A DNA stretch of 64,000 nt from Hyphomicrobiales bacterium (GCA_006844605.1 SPJN01000004.1:78635-142634); one strand, 5' to 3'; positions 9,356-19,009 are shown, counted from the stretch's first letter. Notes: generated by a model from the sequence alone, not told the origin. Translations and numbers: made by a program.

Positions 9356-11165
9356 TTCGACGGAACCTGCACGCCCCCTTGTTTTAGGGGTTGATCATTC
9401 CCTTGATGATCGTCGTTGGTGCTATCGCGCCAGCGACGAAGGTTTGATACGCGAGCTGTGCCAGCGTCACGGCTTTGATGATGCCTTGGCGCGCATTGTG
9501 GCCGGGCGCGACACCGGCATTGCCGCGCTTGGCCCCGCTGGGCTTGATCCGAAATTACGTGATTTGATGCCTGACCCATCCACATTGGTGGATATGGAGA
9601 AAGCCGCCGCGCGCTTTGTGCAGGCCATTCGCGACAAACAACAAATTGCGGTTTTCGGTGATTACGATGTGGATGGGGCAACCAGCACATCGGTTTTGGT
9701 GCATTTTTGCCGAGATTTGGGACATGAGGCACTGACCCATATTCCTGACCGGATGGCAGAAGGTTATGGGCCCAATATCCCGGCAATGGAAAAACTGAAG
9801 GCAGCAGGCGCTGATCTGGTGATCACGGTTGATTGCGGCACTCTTGCTTACGAGCCGTTGTCAAAGGCGGCTGAACTTGGGATGGATCTGCTGGTGCTTG
9901 ATCATCACATTGCGGAACCTGCCTTGCCCACCTGTCATGCCTTGGTGAACCCCAATCGGCTGGATGACACATCCGGGCAGGGGCATCTGGCTGCGGTCGG
10001 GGTGACATTCCTGTTCTGCGTTGCTGTGCGCCGCGCACTTGAACAAGCGGGATGGTTTGCCGAAACAGGGCATGACACACCTGACCTGATGAAGCTGCTT
10101 GACTTGGTGGCCTTGGGCACTGTTGCTGACGTTGTGCCCCTACAGGGGCTTAATCGCGCCTTTGTGGTGCAGGGGCTGAAGGTTATGGCAGCCCGGCGCA
10201 ATCAGGGCCTTGTTGCCCTGTCTGATGTGGCCCGGCTGGATGAAACGCCAACCCCCTATCATTTGGGGTTTGTTTTCGGTCCCCGCGTCAATGCAGGGGG
10301 TAGGGTGGGCGAAGCGTCGCTTGGTACACAATTGCTGACCGAAACTGACCCCATTAAAGCTGAAGAGATGGCCAAGGCGCTGGACCTTTATAATCGTGAG
10401 CGCAAGACGATTGAGGCACAGGTGCAGGAGCAGGCGATTGACTATGCTGCCCAAACCTATGTGGGCAATCAGGCAGATGCGCCAATTATCATCGCGCAAG
10501 GGGCAGGCTGGCATCCCGGCGTGATCGGCATTGTCGCCAGCCGCCTGAAAGAAGCGTGGCGTCGGCCCAGTTTCGTCTTGGCAGTCGGAGACGATGGCTT
10601 GGCCAAGGGGTCAGGCCGATCTGTGCCGGGGGTCGACCTTGGCTCTGCCGTGACTGCGGCGTCTGAAGCTGGATTGCTGGTGAATGGTGGTGGTCACGCC
10701 ATGGCCGCAGGGCTGACGGTTGCCGTTGATAAAATTCCCGCCATGCAAGAGTTTTTGGAAACACGTCTGGCCCCGCAGGTGCGGGCATTGGGTACAGCCC
10801 ATGAATTGGGTGTTGATGCTGTTTTGTCCGCCGGGGCAGCAAGCCGTGAGTTCTTGGACAAGATTGCGGGCGCCGGTCCATTTGGGCAGGGCAATCCAGA
10901 GCCGCGATTCGTTTTGGCGAATATGCAGATCAGCTTTGCCAAACCTGTCGGGGATGGCAGCCATATCCGTTTCTCAGCCCGGGACAAGGATGGAACCGGC
11001 AAAATCGACGGTATTGCCTTCCGTGTTAGCGAAACCCCGCTGGGCGAGGCGCTTTTGGCCCGGAAAACCGCCCTTCATTTGGCCGGACATTTGCGGATTA
11101 ACCGTTATAACGGCAGGGAATCGGTTCAATTGGTGCTTGAAGACGCCGTGTCTGCGGCCGGGTAA
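9339..11165 (+). CDS. recJ: Single-stranded-DNA-specific exonuclease RecJ
   Basis: 608 aa with DHH (VFGDYDVDGATS...DHH) and DHHA1 domains; conserved hom-glpX-recJ neighbourhood. Confidence 0.85.
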   Translation: MKASSSSTEPARPLVLGVDHSLDDRRWCYRASDEGLIRELCQRHGFDDALARIVAGRDTGIAALGPAGLDPKLRDLMPDPSTLVDMEKAAARFVQAIRDKQQIAVFGDYDVDGATSTSVLVHFCRDLGHEALTHIPDRMAEGYGPNIPAMEKLKAAGADLVITVDCGTLAYEPLSKAAELGMDLLVLDHHIAEPALPTCHALVNPNRLDDTSGQGHLAAVGVTFLFCVAVRRALEQAGWFAETGHDTPDLMKLLDLVALGTVADVVPLQGLNRAFVVQGLKVMAARRNQGLVALSDVARLDETPTPYHLGFVFGPRVNAGGRVGEASLGTQLLTETDPIKAEEMAKALDLYNRERKTIEAQVQEQAIDYAAQTYVGNQADAPIIIAQGAGWHPGVIGIVASRLKEAWRRPSFVLAVGDDGLAKGSGRSVPGVDLGSAVTAASEAGLLVNGGGHAMAAGLTVAVDKIPAMQEFLETRLAPQVRALGTAHELGVDAVLSAGAASREFLDKIAGAGPFGQGNPEPRFVLANMQISFAKPVGDGSHIRFSARDKDGTGKIDGIAFRVSETPLGEALLARKTALHLAGHLRINRYNGRESVQLVLEDAVSAAG

Positions 11166-11229
11166 ACCAAATCCCAATTCGTGCGACAATGCGCACAGGG
11201 TAAAGTGACATCTGGGTGAAATTCCCCTC

Positions 11230-11258
11230 TTGAACAGGCCAAGAATCCGTATATAAAT
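11230..11258 (+). promoter_or_regulatory. Candidate sigma70 promoter for tRNA-Glu
   Basis: TTGAAC, a 14-17-nt spacer, then TATATAAAT, about 20 nt upstream of the tRNA. Confidence 0.3.
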
Positions 11259-11277
11259 CCACTCCACTAGCCGATGC

Positions 11278-11352
11278 GGTCCCTTCGTCTATCGGTTAGG
11301 ACGCCAGGTTTTCAACCTGGAAAGAGGGGTTCGATTCCCCTAGGGACTACCA
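11278..11352 (+). tRNA. tRNA-Glu (anticodon UUC)
   Basis: Cloverleaf read by eye: anticodon stem CCAGG/CCTGG with loop TTTTCAA, T-loop GGTTCGATTCC, 3' CCA encoded. Confidence 0.8.
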
Positions 11353-11357
11353 ATTAA

Positions 11358-11395
11358 ACACCCCGTGCGCCGCCCGCGCCGGGGTGTTTTCTTTT
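11358..11395 (+). terminator. Rho-independent terminator (possibly bidirectional)
   Basis: CACCCCG-N14-CGGGGTG followed by TTTTCTTTT, immediately after the tRNA. Confidence 0.5.
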
Positions 11396-11422
11396 GTGTG
11401 GTGTAGTTGATGGTTGGCGCGT

Positions 11423-12157
11423 TTATGCCCAACCGCCGGCATAGGGCAGCACATGACCGGTAATGAAGTCTGATTCAGGCCCTGCCAAAAAGGCGACAAC
11501 CTCGCCGGCCTCTTCAGGTTTGGACAGGCGGCGCAGAGGAATGCGGCTTGTAATCCGTTCATAGACTTTCGGGTCGTTCAAAAGATCGTCCGGGAAGTAG
11601 GTGGGGCTTTCCACGAAATTGGCTGCCATCGCATTAACGGTGATATTGTGCTTGCCCAATTCCAGCGCCATCGTGCGCGTCATCGCGTTTGTTGCCCCCC
11701 GTGCGGTGGCATAGACGCTGTAATTGGGAATGCCCTGCAAGGGCGCAGCGGATGATAACAGCACAATTTTGCCATAGCCGCGTTCTTTTAGATGGGGCAC
11801 AGCGGCATTGATCATGGCGAAGGGGCGCACGGTCAACCGTTCCAACGCCTCGGTCAGGATTTTTGGACTGGTCTCGCCCAGCGGGCTGGGGTCGGCAGGG
11901 TGTGAATCATTGCAGATCAGGCAGGTCAAATGCCCGGCACGGTCAACAACAGCGTCGATCAATTCCTGTGGTTGGGCGGGGGCAAGGGCAACTGCGCCTG
12001 CAACCTCATCTTCAAACGCGGCGCGGGCTGCGTCATCAGTGAAGCTGTCATCAACGGCGAAAACTTGCCACCCGCGCGACAGGAGCGAGCAGCTACCCGG
12101 TTTACCGATAAAGTGAACGGCATCTGTTATCAGCGCGACGGATTGTGTGTCAGTCAT
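11423..12157 (-). CDS. Atypical SDR-family oxidoreductase
   Basis: Rossmann-like N-terminus, NYSVYATARGA active-site region (Y-x3-R variant); 4-nt overlap with the upstream sufU-like gene. Confidence 0.55.
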   Translation of the reverse strand: MTDTQSVALITDAVHFIGKPGSCSLLSRGWQVFAVDDSFTDDAARAAFEDEVAGAVALAPAQPQELIDAVVDRAGHLTCLICNDSHPADPSPLGETSPKILTEALERLTVRPFAMINAAVPHLKERGYGKIVLLSSAAPLQGIPNYSVYATARGATNAMTRTMALELGKHNITVNAMAANFVESPTYFPDDLLNDPKVYERITSRIPLRRLSKPEEAGEVVAFLAGPESDFITGHVLPYAGGWA

Positions 12158-12603
12158 GATGAATTCCCTGTTTTGGCTTGTGCGTCTTTGACGGCCTGTG
12201 TCAGTGCTTCAAACGGCATCAGCACGCAGGCGTGCCGTGCGGTGTGATCGGTCACTGCCGCGAATATGCCAAACCCCTTGGCCTGTGTGGGCAGTGTGCC
12301 GCTGCCCTGTTCAAGGACCTGTGTGACGGCCTGATGCGTTTCAGTGATCAGGGTGGCTGTCGCCCCCTCAAGCGTGCTGCCGATCAGACCCGCACTGGCC
12401 TGACACAGCACACATGCCTCAGTTTCATGGGTATAGGCGCTGAGTGTGTTGTCGGGCGCAAGTGTGATGTCGATTGTGATCTTGTCACCGCACAGGGGAT
12501 TATTCACCGTGGCACTGCCGTCGGGCCGGGGTAGGCGGCCTGCGTGGCTGGCGTCTGCGGCAGCGCGCAGCAAGTCCCTTTGATAAAGGTCCAGTGAAGA
12601 CAT
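12154..12603 (-). CDS. NifU/IscU/SufU-like Fe-S cluster scaffold protein
   Basis: NNPLCGDKITIDI ... EACVLCQAS conserved-cysteine pattern of U-type scaffolds; immediately downstream of sufS. Confidence 0.6.
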   Translation of the reverse strand: MSSLDLYQRDLLRAAADASHAGRLPRPDGSATVNNPLCGDKITIDITLAPDNTLSAYTHETEACVLCQASAGLIGSTLEGATATLITETHQAVTQVLEQGSGTLPTQAKGFGIFAAVTDHTARHACVLMPFEALTQAVKDAQAKTGNSS

Positions 12604-13859
12604 TAGGTTCCCTTTAACAGGTTAATGGCATCTTTGATGGCATTGATAGCGGCGTCCATATCATCGGGCGTGTTGTATCCGGCGATGGAGGCGCGGGTGG
12701 AGGCCAACAGGCCGAAATGCCCCATCAATGGCTGGGCGCAGTGGTGCCCGCCGCGCATGGCAACGCCACTGCGGTCCGCCAATTGGCAAATGTCATGCGG
12801 GTGGCATCCGGTAATGGCAAAGCTGACAAGGGGTGCCCGGTCGCGGCTGAAGTCGGCACCGCCCAATATAGTGGTGTCGAGCGGTGGCTGCGCGGCCAGT
12901 GTTGCGGCCAGTGTTGCGGCAAGCGTGACTTCGTGGGCGCGAATGGCCCGATGGTCCAACCCGGTCAGAAACCCAACCGCCGCGCCAAAACCAATTGCCT
13001 GTGTGATGGGGGGTGTGCCTGCCTCAAACCTAGTGGGGGGCTGTGCAAAACCGGTACCATCAAAACTGACATTTGTGATCATCTCGCCACCACCCAGCAG
13101 CGGCGGCATATTTTCCATCAAATCACTACGGCCCCAAAACATGCCAACCCCTGTGGGGCCGAACATTTTGTGGGCGGAGCATGCATAGAAATCTATCGGC
13201 AGGTCCGGCAGGGCTGTTTCAAACAGCGGCCAGTGACAGGCTGACTGCGCCCCATCAACAATGATGGCGGCGTTGGGTGCCTTGGCCCGGATCATGCTGC
13301 CGATTTTGTTCAGGTCTACTTCCCAGCCCGTGACATTGGAAATATGGCTTAACGCCACAATGCGCACCTTGTCCGTCAGTTGGGCGGCAAGGGCATCTTC
13401 GTCAATTTGCCCCAAGGGGGTCAGGGCAATGGGCGTGATGGTGGCACCCTTGGCAGCGGCATGGATTTGCCACGAAACAATGTTGGCGTGGTGATTATCT
13501 GCCGCCACCAGCACCTCATCCCCCGTTTGCAGGCCATCAGACAGGCCATAGGCAATGATATTCAGCGCCTGGGTTGTGCCACTTGTCAGAACAATCTCAG
13601 CCCGTGGGGTGCCGAAATAGGCGGCAAGGGTATCTCTTGCCGCTTCAAAGGCCTGTGTGGCCTGTTCGGCCCAATAATGAACTGACCGATGGACATTGGC
13701 CCTTAGGCGTGTGTCATGGTCCGCCATTGCAGCAATGACGGGGGCAGCAACCAGCGTGCTGGCACCGCTGTCCAGATAATGAAAGTCCCGACCCTCGTCA
13801 CGCATGGCGGCGAAGGCGGGGAAGTGGTTACGAAAGGCAAGCGGATCGAATGATGTCAT
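12603..13859 (-). CDS. sufS: Cysteine desulfurase, SufS subfamily (class V aminotransferase)
   Basis: HYLDSGASTL..., PLP-lysine motif SAHKMFGPTGVG, catalytic cysteine RGGHHCAQPL. Contains an in-frame 12-bp tandem repeat (ATLAATLAA). Confidence 0.85.
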   Translation of the reverse strand: MTSFDPLAFRNHFPAFAAMRDEGRDFHYLDSGASTLVAAPVIAAMADHDTRLRANVHRSVHYWAEQATQAFEAARDTLAAYFGTPRAEIVLTSGTTQALNIIAYGLSDGLQTGDEVLVAADNHHANIVSWQIHAAAKGATITPIALTPLGQIDEDALAAQLTDKVRIVALSHISNVTGWEVDLNKIGSMIRAKAPNAAIIVDGAQSACHWPLFETALPDLPIDFYACSAHKMFGPTGVGMFWGRSDLMENMPPLLGGGEMITNVSFDGTGFAQPPTRFEAGTPPITQAIGFGAAVGFLTGLDHRAIRAHEVTLAATLAATLAAQPPLDTTILGGADFSRDRAPLVSFAITGCHPHDICQLADRSGVAMRGGHHCAQPLMGHFGLLASTRASIAGYNTPDDMDAAINAIKDAINLLKGT

Positions 13860-13898
13860 CCCGATGCTGCTGGCTGCTCCTCTATCAAAGACTTTGGT

Positions 13899-15614
13899 TT
13901 AGAGATAGAGCAGCAATATAACAGCAAGTCCAATCATTACCCATAGCACCATATTCCCAACGGCAATGGATCGACCCATCGTGCCGGATGGTCCGTGATG
14001 GCGCGCCGCCAGTGCGCGGATATTGTCGACCCATTCGCGGATTAGGCCCCATATGCCGCCCGACAGATGTGTCACGGCCTTGCCCATTTCTTTCAGCATG
14101 GATGGTGCTAAGCGCCGATACAGCCAATCAGTATCAAGATTGACTGACGGAATTTCCGGCGGATAAAGCCCGGTACGCACCAACACCACAAAGGCCAGCA
14201 CAGCAAACATCAGCAGCTGCATCTGGGTGATGATATGGCCGGGTGTATAGGGCTCATAATCCATGGCATGGGGCAGGATGGCGTACAAATATTCGGGCCA
14301 TACACCGATGCCGATACAAAGCGCGGCGGCGATACCCATGGCGGCCAACATGTTCCACGGCGCTTCCTTGGGGCGTTTGCCGCTGTCATGGGCGAAGAAG
14401 CTGAAATAGGGGATCTTGATGCCCGAATGTTCCAGCACACCGGCGCTGGCGAATAACAGCACCGTCCAGGCAAGCCACATATGTTCTTGCGCGAGGGCTG
14501 CCAAGATCAGTGACTTTGAAATAAAGCCTGAGAAAAACGGGAAGGCCGAAATCGACATGGCACCGATGATGGTGAAAACGGTCGTCCACGGCATTGATTT
14601 ATATAACCCGCCCAACTCCGTCGCCTTGGTTGTGCCGACACGGTGCAACACCGCGCCCATCCCCATAAACAGCAATGCCTTATAAAGGATATGGCTGAAT
14701 GCGTGAGCCGCCGTGCCGTTCAGGGCAAGGGCGGAACCGACGCCAACACCCACGACCATAAAGCCCAGCTGGTTATTCAGTGAATATGCCAGCACCCTGC
14801 GCAGATCATTTTCAATCACAGCGAAAAAGACCGGGAAGGCGGTCATCGTTGCGCCGATGGGGATCAAAATATCCAAACCCGCATAACCGCGCGCTAATGA
14901 ATAAACCGCCAGCTTTGTTGTGAAGGCTGACAATATGACTGTGCCCGTCGGTGTGGCCTGTGGATAGGCGTCCTGCAACCAATTGTGCAGGAAGGGGAAG
15001 GCACATTTGATGCCAAAGGCAAAGAAAATCAAGAACGTCCCGGCGGTAAAGTCCGCCATGGTTGTGACGCCGAAATGATCAAACGCAATGCTGCCGGTTT
15101 CTGCTTTATGCATGACAAGTCCGGCCAGCAACAACACGCCGGAGCCGACTTGCACAATCAAATAACGAATGCCGGTTTTGTAAGCGATGTCAGTGCCGCG
15201 CGCCCAAATCAGGAAGACGGAGGCAATCGCCGTCAGTTCCCAAAAAATGAACAGCGTCATCAGATCGCCCGCAAACACCGCACCAACGCCTGCGCCCGCA
15301 TAGATCAGGGCGGCAACGTGCTGCATCGTGTCGGACGCAGTGTCCTTCAAGTGCAGGGCATAAAGAATGCCAAGGAAGGCGGCGATGTGAAAGATCAGCC
15401 CGAAAACAAAGCTGAGCTGATCGAGGCGATAGGTTTCAAGCACCATCCCCATCATCTCATAGTCACCATAGGTGCCGTGGGGCGTGTTCAACAGGTGCAT
15501 AACACCGAACACAGGCAGCAACAGCATATAGATTTTGCGTACAGGGCCACGCAATAGGGGTACCAACACGGCCCCCAAAATCAGGATCAGGCCGGGGTTA
15601 AGCTCACTCAGCAT
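13899..15614 (-). CDS. Antiporter-like subunit, NuoL/MrpA N-terminal-domain-like (PF00361-type), without a fused MrpB-like domain
   Basis: 571 aa, about 16 TM segments; FIFWELTAIASVFLI and LYKALLFMGMGAV motifs of the proton-pumping NuoL/M/N / MrpA/D family. Last gene of the Mrp-like operon. Confidence 0.7.
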   Translation of the reverse strand: MLSELNPGLILILGAVLVPLLRGPVRKIYMLLLPVFGVMHLLNTPHGTYGDYEMMGMVLETYRLDQLSFVFGLIFHIAAFLGILYALHLKDTASDTMQHVAALIYAGAGVGAVFAGDLMTLFIFWELTAIASVFLIWARGTDIAYKTGIRYLIVQVGSGVLLLAGLVMHKAETGSIAFDHFGVTTMADFTAGTFLIFFAFGIKCAFPFLHNWLQDAYPQATPTGTVILSAFTTKLAVYSLARGYAGLDILIPIGATMTAFPVFFAVIENDLRRVLAYSLNNQLGFMVVGVGVGSALALNGTAAHAFSHILYKALLFMGMGAVLHRVGTTKATELGGLYKSMPWTTVFTIIGAMSISAFPFFSGFISKSLILAALAQEHMWLAWTVLLFASAGVLEHSGIKIPYFSFFAHDSGKRPKEAPWNMLAAMGIAAALCIGIGVWPEYLYAILPHAMDYEPYTPGHIITQMQLLMFAVLAFVVLVRTGLYPPEIPSVNLDTDWLYRRLAPSMLKEMGKAVTHLSGGIWGLIREWVDNIRALAARHHGPSGTMGRSIAVGNMVLWVMIGLAVILLLYL

Positions 15615-15900
15615 CTTGGGCCTCCTCCTGATCGTCGTAATAGTCTTCAGGGCGCATGATCAGCTTGCGCAATTGCGCACCTGCCAGGACCACAAAGAAA
15701 AAGGCGGCAAAGCCGAACAGACCGTAAAAGGCCGGTATTTCTTCAGCCGAAAAATGCGGATGCTTGTGATAAAAGAAATCCGCAGCACCAAAGCCAACGC
15801 AGATCAGCACGGTCAGCAGGATCAGCAGGCGGTGATTTTCCACTCGCTCAAACCAGCCAAGCTCTTGATCGTCTTGAGTATGATTGTGATTGTCAGACAT
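15604..15900 (-). CDS. Small two-TM membrane protein with acidic tails, embedded in the Mrp-like operon
   Basis: 98 aa; two hydrophobic helices (LLILLTVLICVGFGAADFF, FYGLFGFAAFFFVVLAGA); translationally coupled (11-nt overlaps) to flanking antiporter-like genes. Confidence 0.4.
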   Translation of the reverse strand: MSDNHNHTQDDQELGWFERVENHRLLILLTVLICVGFGAADFFYHKHPHFSAEEIPAFYGLFGFAAFFFVVLAGAQLRKLIMRPEDYYDDQEEAQDAE

Positions 15901-15911
15901 CAGTGGTGCCT

Positions 15912-17396
15912 CTAATTCAAAATCGGGGCTATCAGGCCTTCAACCGCGTCAACGGCGAAGAACATGACAAAACACAGGAACGCGGTGAAGCATAGCGGTG
16001 CCAACACCATAAATGGTGCCTCTTTCACGCCATCCCAGCTAAACGGGGCAGGGGTGTCTTCACCATCGGGTTTCAGGAAGAAGCCGCGCACAGTAATCGG
16101 CAGCAGATAGGCGATATTCAATAATGATGAGATGATCAGCACCGCAATCAACAGCGGTTGCCCCGCATCAACGGCACCTTCCATCAAAACGAATTTGGGC
16201 CATGCCCCGCCGAACGGTGGCAGGCCGATAATTGACAGCGCGCCGATAGTATAGGCGATAAAGCTTAGGGGCATTTTGCGTCCCAAGCCATTCAACTGTG
16301 AAACTTCGGTCTTGTGATGGGCGACATAAATCGCGCCCGCGAAATAGAACAGGGTGATTTTGCCAACCGCATGCATGGCGATTTGCAACGATCCACCCAT
16401 AAATCCCGCAGCAGTTGCCAATGATAGACCAAACACGACATAGGCCAGTTGACTGATGGTTGAATAGGCCAACCGCGCTTTCAAATTGTCTTTGGTCAGC
16501 GCAATAATCGATGCCGTCACCAGTGTGAAGGCAGAAACCGCCTGCAACCAGAAAGTCAGGTCAGCGTCTGCCAGATAATCAATGCCGAAAATATAAATGC
16601 CGATTTTCAACACGCTGAACACGCCGGCTTTCACAACCGCAACGGCGTGCAAAACTGATGAAACAGGGGTCGGTGCCACCATTGCTGAGGGTAGCCATTT
16701 ATGGAATGGCATCAGCGCAGCCTTGCCGATGCCGAACATAAACAGGGCCAACAGGATTGTTGCTGTCGTGGGGCTGACATGATCTGCCAAGATGCCACCG
16801 GCGGTAAAGTCGGTGGTGCCGGTCAACATATAGGTCGCGATAATGGCGGGTAGCAACAACCCGATAGAGGTTGTCAGCAACACACCCAAATAGATGCGCG
16901 CACCCTTTTTGGCTTCCTCTGTTTCGCGATGGGCAACCAGTGGATAGGTGGACAGGGTCAACACTTCATAAAAGATAAACAGTGTGAACAGATTGCCTGC
17001 ATAGGCCATGCCCAGTGCGGCACCGATTGAAATCGGGAAGCACATGAAAAAGCGGGTGTGATTAACCTCGCCGGTATTGCGCATATAGCCGATGGCATAG
17101 ATTGAATTTACAATCCATAGCCCGCTGGCAATCGTTGCAAACAACATACCCAGCGGTTCGATCACGAATTTCAGCGGCATTCCCGGCAGAACTTCAAAGA
17201 AGCTGACCTCAGGGCGGGCACCAGCTGCCACCTGCGGCAATAGCCACAATGTAACGGCAAACAGGCTGATGGCTGTCAGCAGGGTGACAGTCTCGCGCTG
17301 GTTGGGACGATCACCGGACATGCCGATCAGGATTGTACCGACCACAGGAATGATCAGCGACAGGGCAATGGCTAAATCAAAACTCATACTAATCAT
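15912..17396 (-). CDS. MrpD/NuoM-like antiporter subunit (paralogue 2)
   Basis: 494 aa polytopic; LFIFYEVLTLSTYPLV and conserved-lysine region HKWLPSAMVAPTPVSSVLHAVAVVKAG typical of the PF00361 family. Confidence 0.75.
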   Translation of the reverse strand: MISMSFDLAIALSLIIPVVGTILIGMSGDRPNQRETVTLLTAISLFAVTLWLLPQVAAGARPEVSFFEVLPGMPLKFVIEPLGMLFATIASGLWIVNSIYAIGYMRNTGEVNHTRFFMCFPISIGAALGMAYAGNLFTLFIFYEVLTLSTYPLVAHRETEEAKKGARIYLGVLLTTSIGLLLPAIIATYMLTGTTDFTAGGILADHVSPTTATILLALFMFGIGKAALMPFHKWLPSAMVAPTPVSSVLHAVAVVKAGVFSVLKIGIYIFGIDYLADADLTFWLQAVSAFTLVTASIIALTKDNLKARLAYSTISQLAYVVFGLSLATAAGFMGGSLQIAMHAVGKITLFYFAGAIYVAHHKTEVSQLNGLGRKMPLSFIAYTIGALSIIGLPPFGGAWPKFVLMEGAVDAGQPLLIAVLIISSLLNIAYLLPITVRGFFLKPDGEDTPAPFSWDGVKEAPFMVLAPLCFTAFLCFVMFFAVDAVEGLIAPILN

Positions 17397-19009
17397 CAGT
17401 TGGCCCCTCCCGTCAGACCCAGCAAGCCACGGGCTGCTGTTTCCGCAAGATTGACAGTTGTCGTGGCGTTAAGGCCAAACCAGAAATTGGCCAGCACCAG
17501 CGCCCATGTGGGTATCAGAAGCAATAGCGGGGCTTCGCCCTTTTGCACGCCTTCAGGGGCGGGTCTTAAATAGGCCACCTCAAACACGCGCCACATATAA
17601 ACGGCCGCCATCAGGGATGTGATCAACAAGATTGCGATCAGCCAATACCACTCACGCTCAAACGCCGCGTTCAACAAATACCATTTTGATATAAAGCCGA
17701 CAGTTGTGGGCACGCCAACAAGGCTTAACCCCCCGCCAACAAAGGCCGCCATTGTCCACGGCATGAGCTTGCCTGCGCCGCGCATTTTATCCAGCGTAAC
17801 GCCGCCAAGTTTCCACATCACAGCACCAAGGGCAAAGAACAAGGCCCCCTTCATCAGCGCGTGATTGAACATGTGCAGCATGGTGGCGGTCAGGCCGGTC
17901 AGGCTCATCAGTCCAAGACCGACAAGCATATAGCCGATTTGCGCGACAGAGCTGAAGGCCAGAATGCGTTTGGCATTCACCTGCCAAATCGCGACCAGTG
18001 ATCCGGCAATGATGCCGATCAGGCCAAGGGGCAGCAGCACCTTGCCGAACAATTGTGCCTCGACCGCGAAATCAGCCCCAAACACGGTGAAGATAAAGCG
18101 GATCAGCGCATAGACGGCAACCTTGGTCGCGGTCGCGGCCAGGAAGCCCGTCACAACGCTTGGCGCATAGGTGTAGGCATTGGGCAGCCAGAAATGCAGC
18201 GGGAACATCGCCAGTTTGGTCGCCAAACCGATCGTGATGAAGCCGAAGGCGACCCACAATGTGCCGGAGCCCATCAGGTCAGGCAGGCGCTGGGCCAAAT
18301 CAGCCATATTCAACGTGCCGGTCATCATATAGGCAAGGCCCAGACCAATGACATAGAAGGTCGCGCCGACCGTACCCAAAATCAGGTAATTATAGGCGGC
18401 ATTCAGCGCGCGGCGATCTTGCTTGGCACCCATTGCCACCAAGGCATAGGTGGAGAGGGAGGAAATTTCGAGGAAGACAAACAGGTTAAATGCGTCGCCC
18501 GTAATCGTCACACCCAATAGACCAGAGAAGCACAACAGGAACGCCGTATAGAATAGCGGCTGTTCGGTCATGCCCAGCTCTTTGTCGACACTTGGGCGCG
18601 CATAAATGGCGGCACATGTCCCAATCGCCGCGACGATCAGTAGAACAAGGGCGTTTGCAGCATCAACCCGCAGCTCAATCCCCAATGGTGGGGCCCAATT
18701 GCCAAGGGCATAGCTGATGACGCTGCCATCCAGCACTTGGGTTGTCAGAACCACAGCGATCAAAAGCGATACACTCGTCCCGACCATAGCCAGCAACCAG
18801 CTTAAGTTCCGGTTGTTCAACAAGGTGATCAGCGGTGCCAATGTTAAGGGCACCAAAACCTGCAGGGCAGGCAGATTGTTGCGGATGATGTCCAGCAGGC
18901 CGGGCGCTTCGTGATGTGTCGCGCCATGTGTTCCTACATGTGTTCCGGCAGCAGCGGTCACTATATGGCCCGCCTCTGCGGCGGCCAAAATAATCTCAGG
19001 AGATGCCAT
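17396..19009 (-). CDS. MrpD/NuoN-like antiporter subunit (paralogue 1) with a His/Gly/Thr-rich N-terminal extension
   Basis: 537 aa; FNLFVFLEISSLSTYALVA, WLPNAYTYAPSVVTGF motifs; N-terminus AGHIVTAAAGTHVGTHGATHHEAP. Confidence 0.75.
   Translation of the reverse strand: MASPEIILAAAEAGHIVTAAAGTHVGTHGATHHEAPGLLDIIRNNLPALQVLVPLTLAPLITLLNNRNLSWLLAMVGTSVSLLIAVVLTTQVLDGSVISYALGNWAPPLGIELRVDAANALVLLIVAAIGTCAAIYARPSVDKELGMTEQPLFYTAFLLCFSGLLGVTITGDAFNLFVFLEISSLSTYALVAMGAKQDRRALNAAYNYLILGTVGATFYVIGLGLAYMMTGTLNMADLAQRLPDLMGSGTLWVAFGFITIGLATKLAMFPLHFWLPNAYTYAPSVVTGFLAATATKVAVYALIRFIFTVFGADFAVEAQLFGKVLLPLGLIGIIAGSLVAIWQVNAKRILAFSSVAQIGYMLVGLGLMSLTGLTATMLHMFNHALMKGALFFALGAVMWKLGGVTLDKMRGAGKLMPWTMAAFVGGGLSLVGVPTTVGFISKWYLLNAAFEREWYWLIAILLITSLMAAVYMWRVFEVAYLRPAPEGVQKGEAPLLLLIPTWALVLANFWFGLNATTTVNLAETAARGLLGLTGGAN

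Noticed and set aside
12894-12929. Possibility that the short tandem repeats (here and at 22663..22698) represent a CRISPR array or VNTR locus.
   Set aside because: Only 2-3 contiguous 12-bp units with no spacers, and fully in-frame inside well-supported genes.
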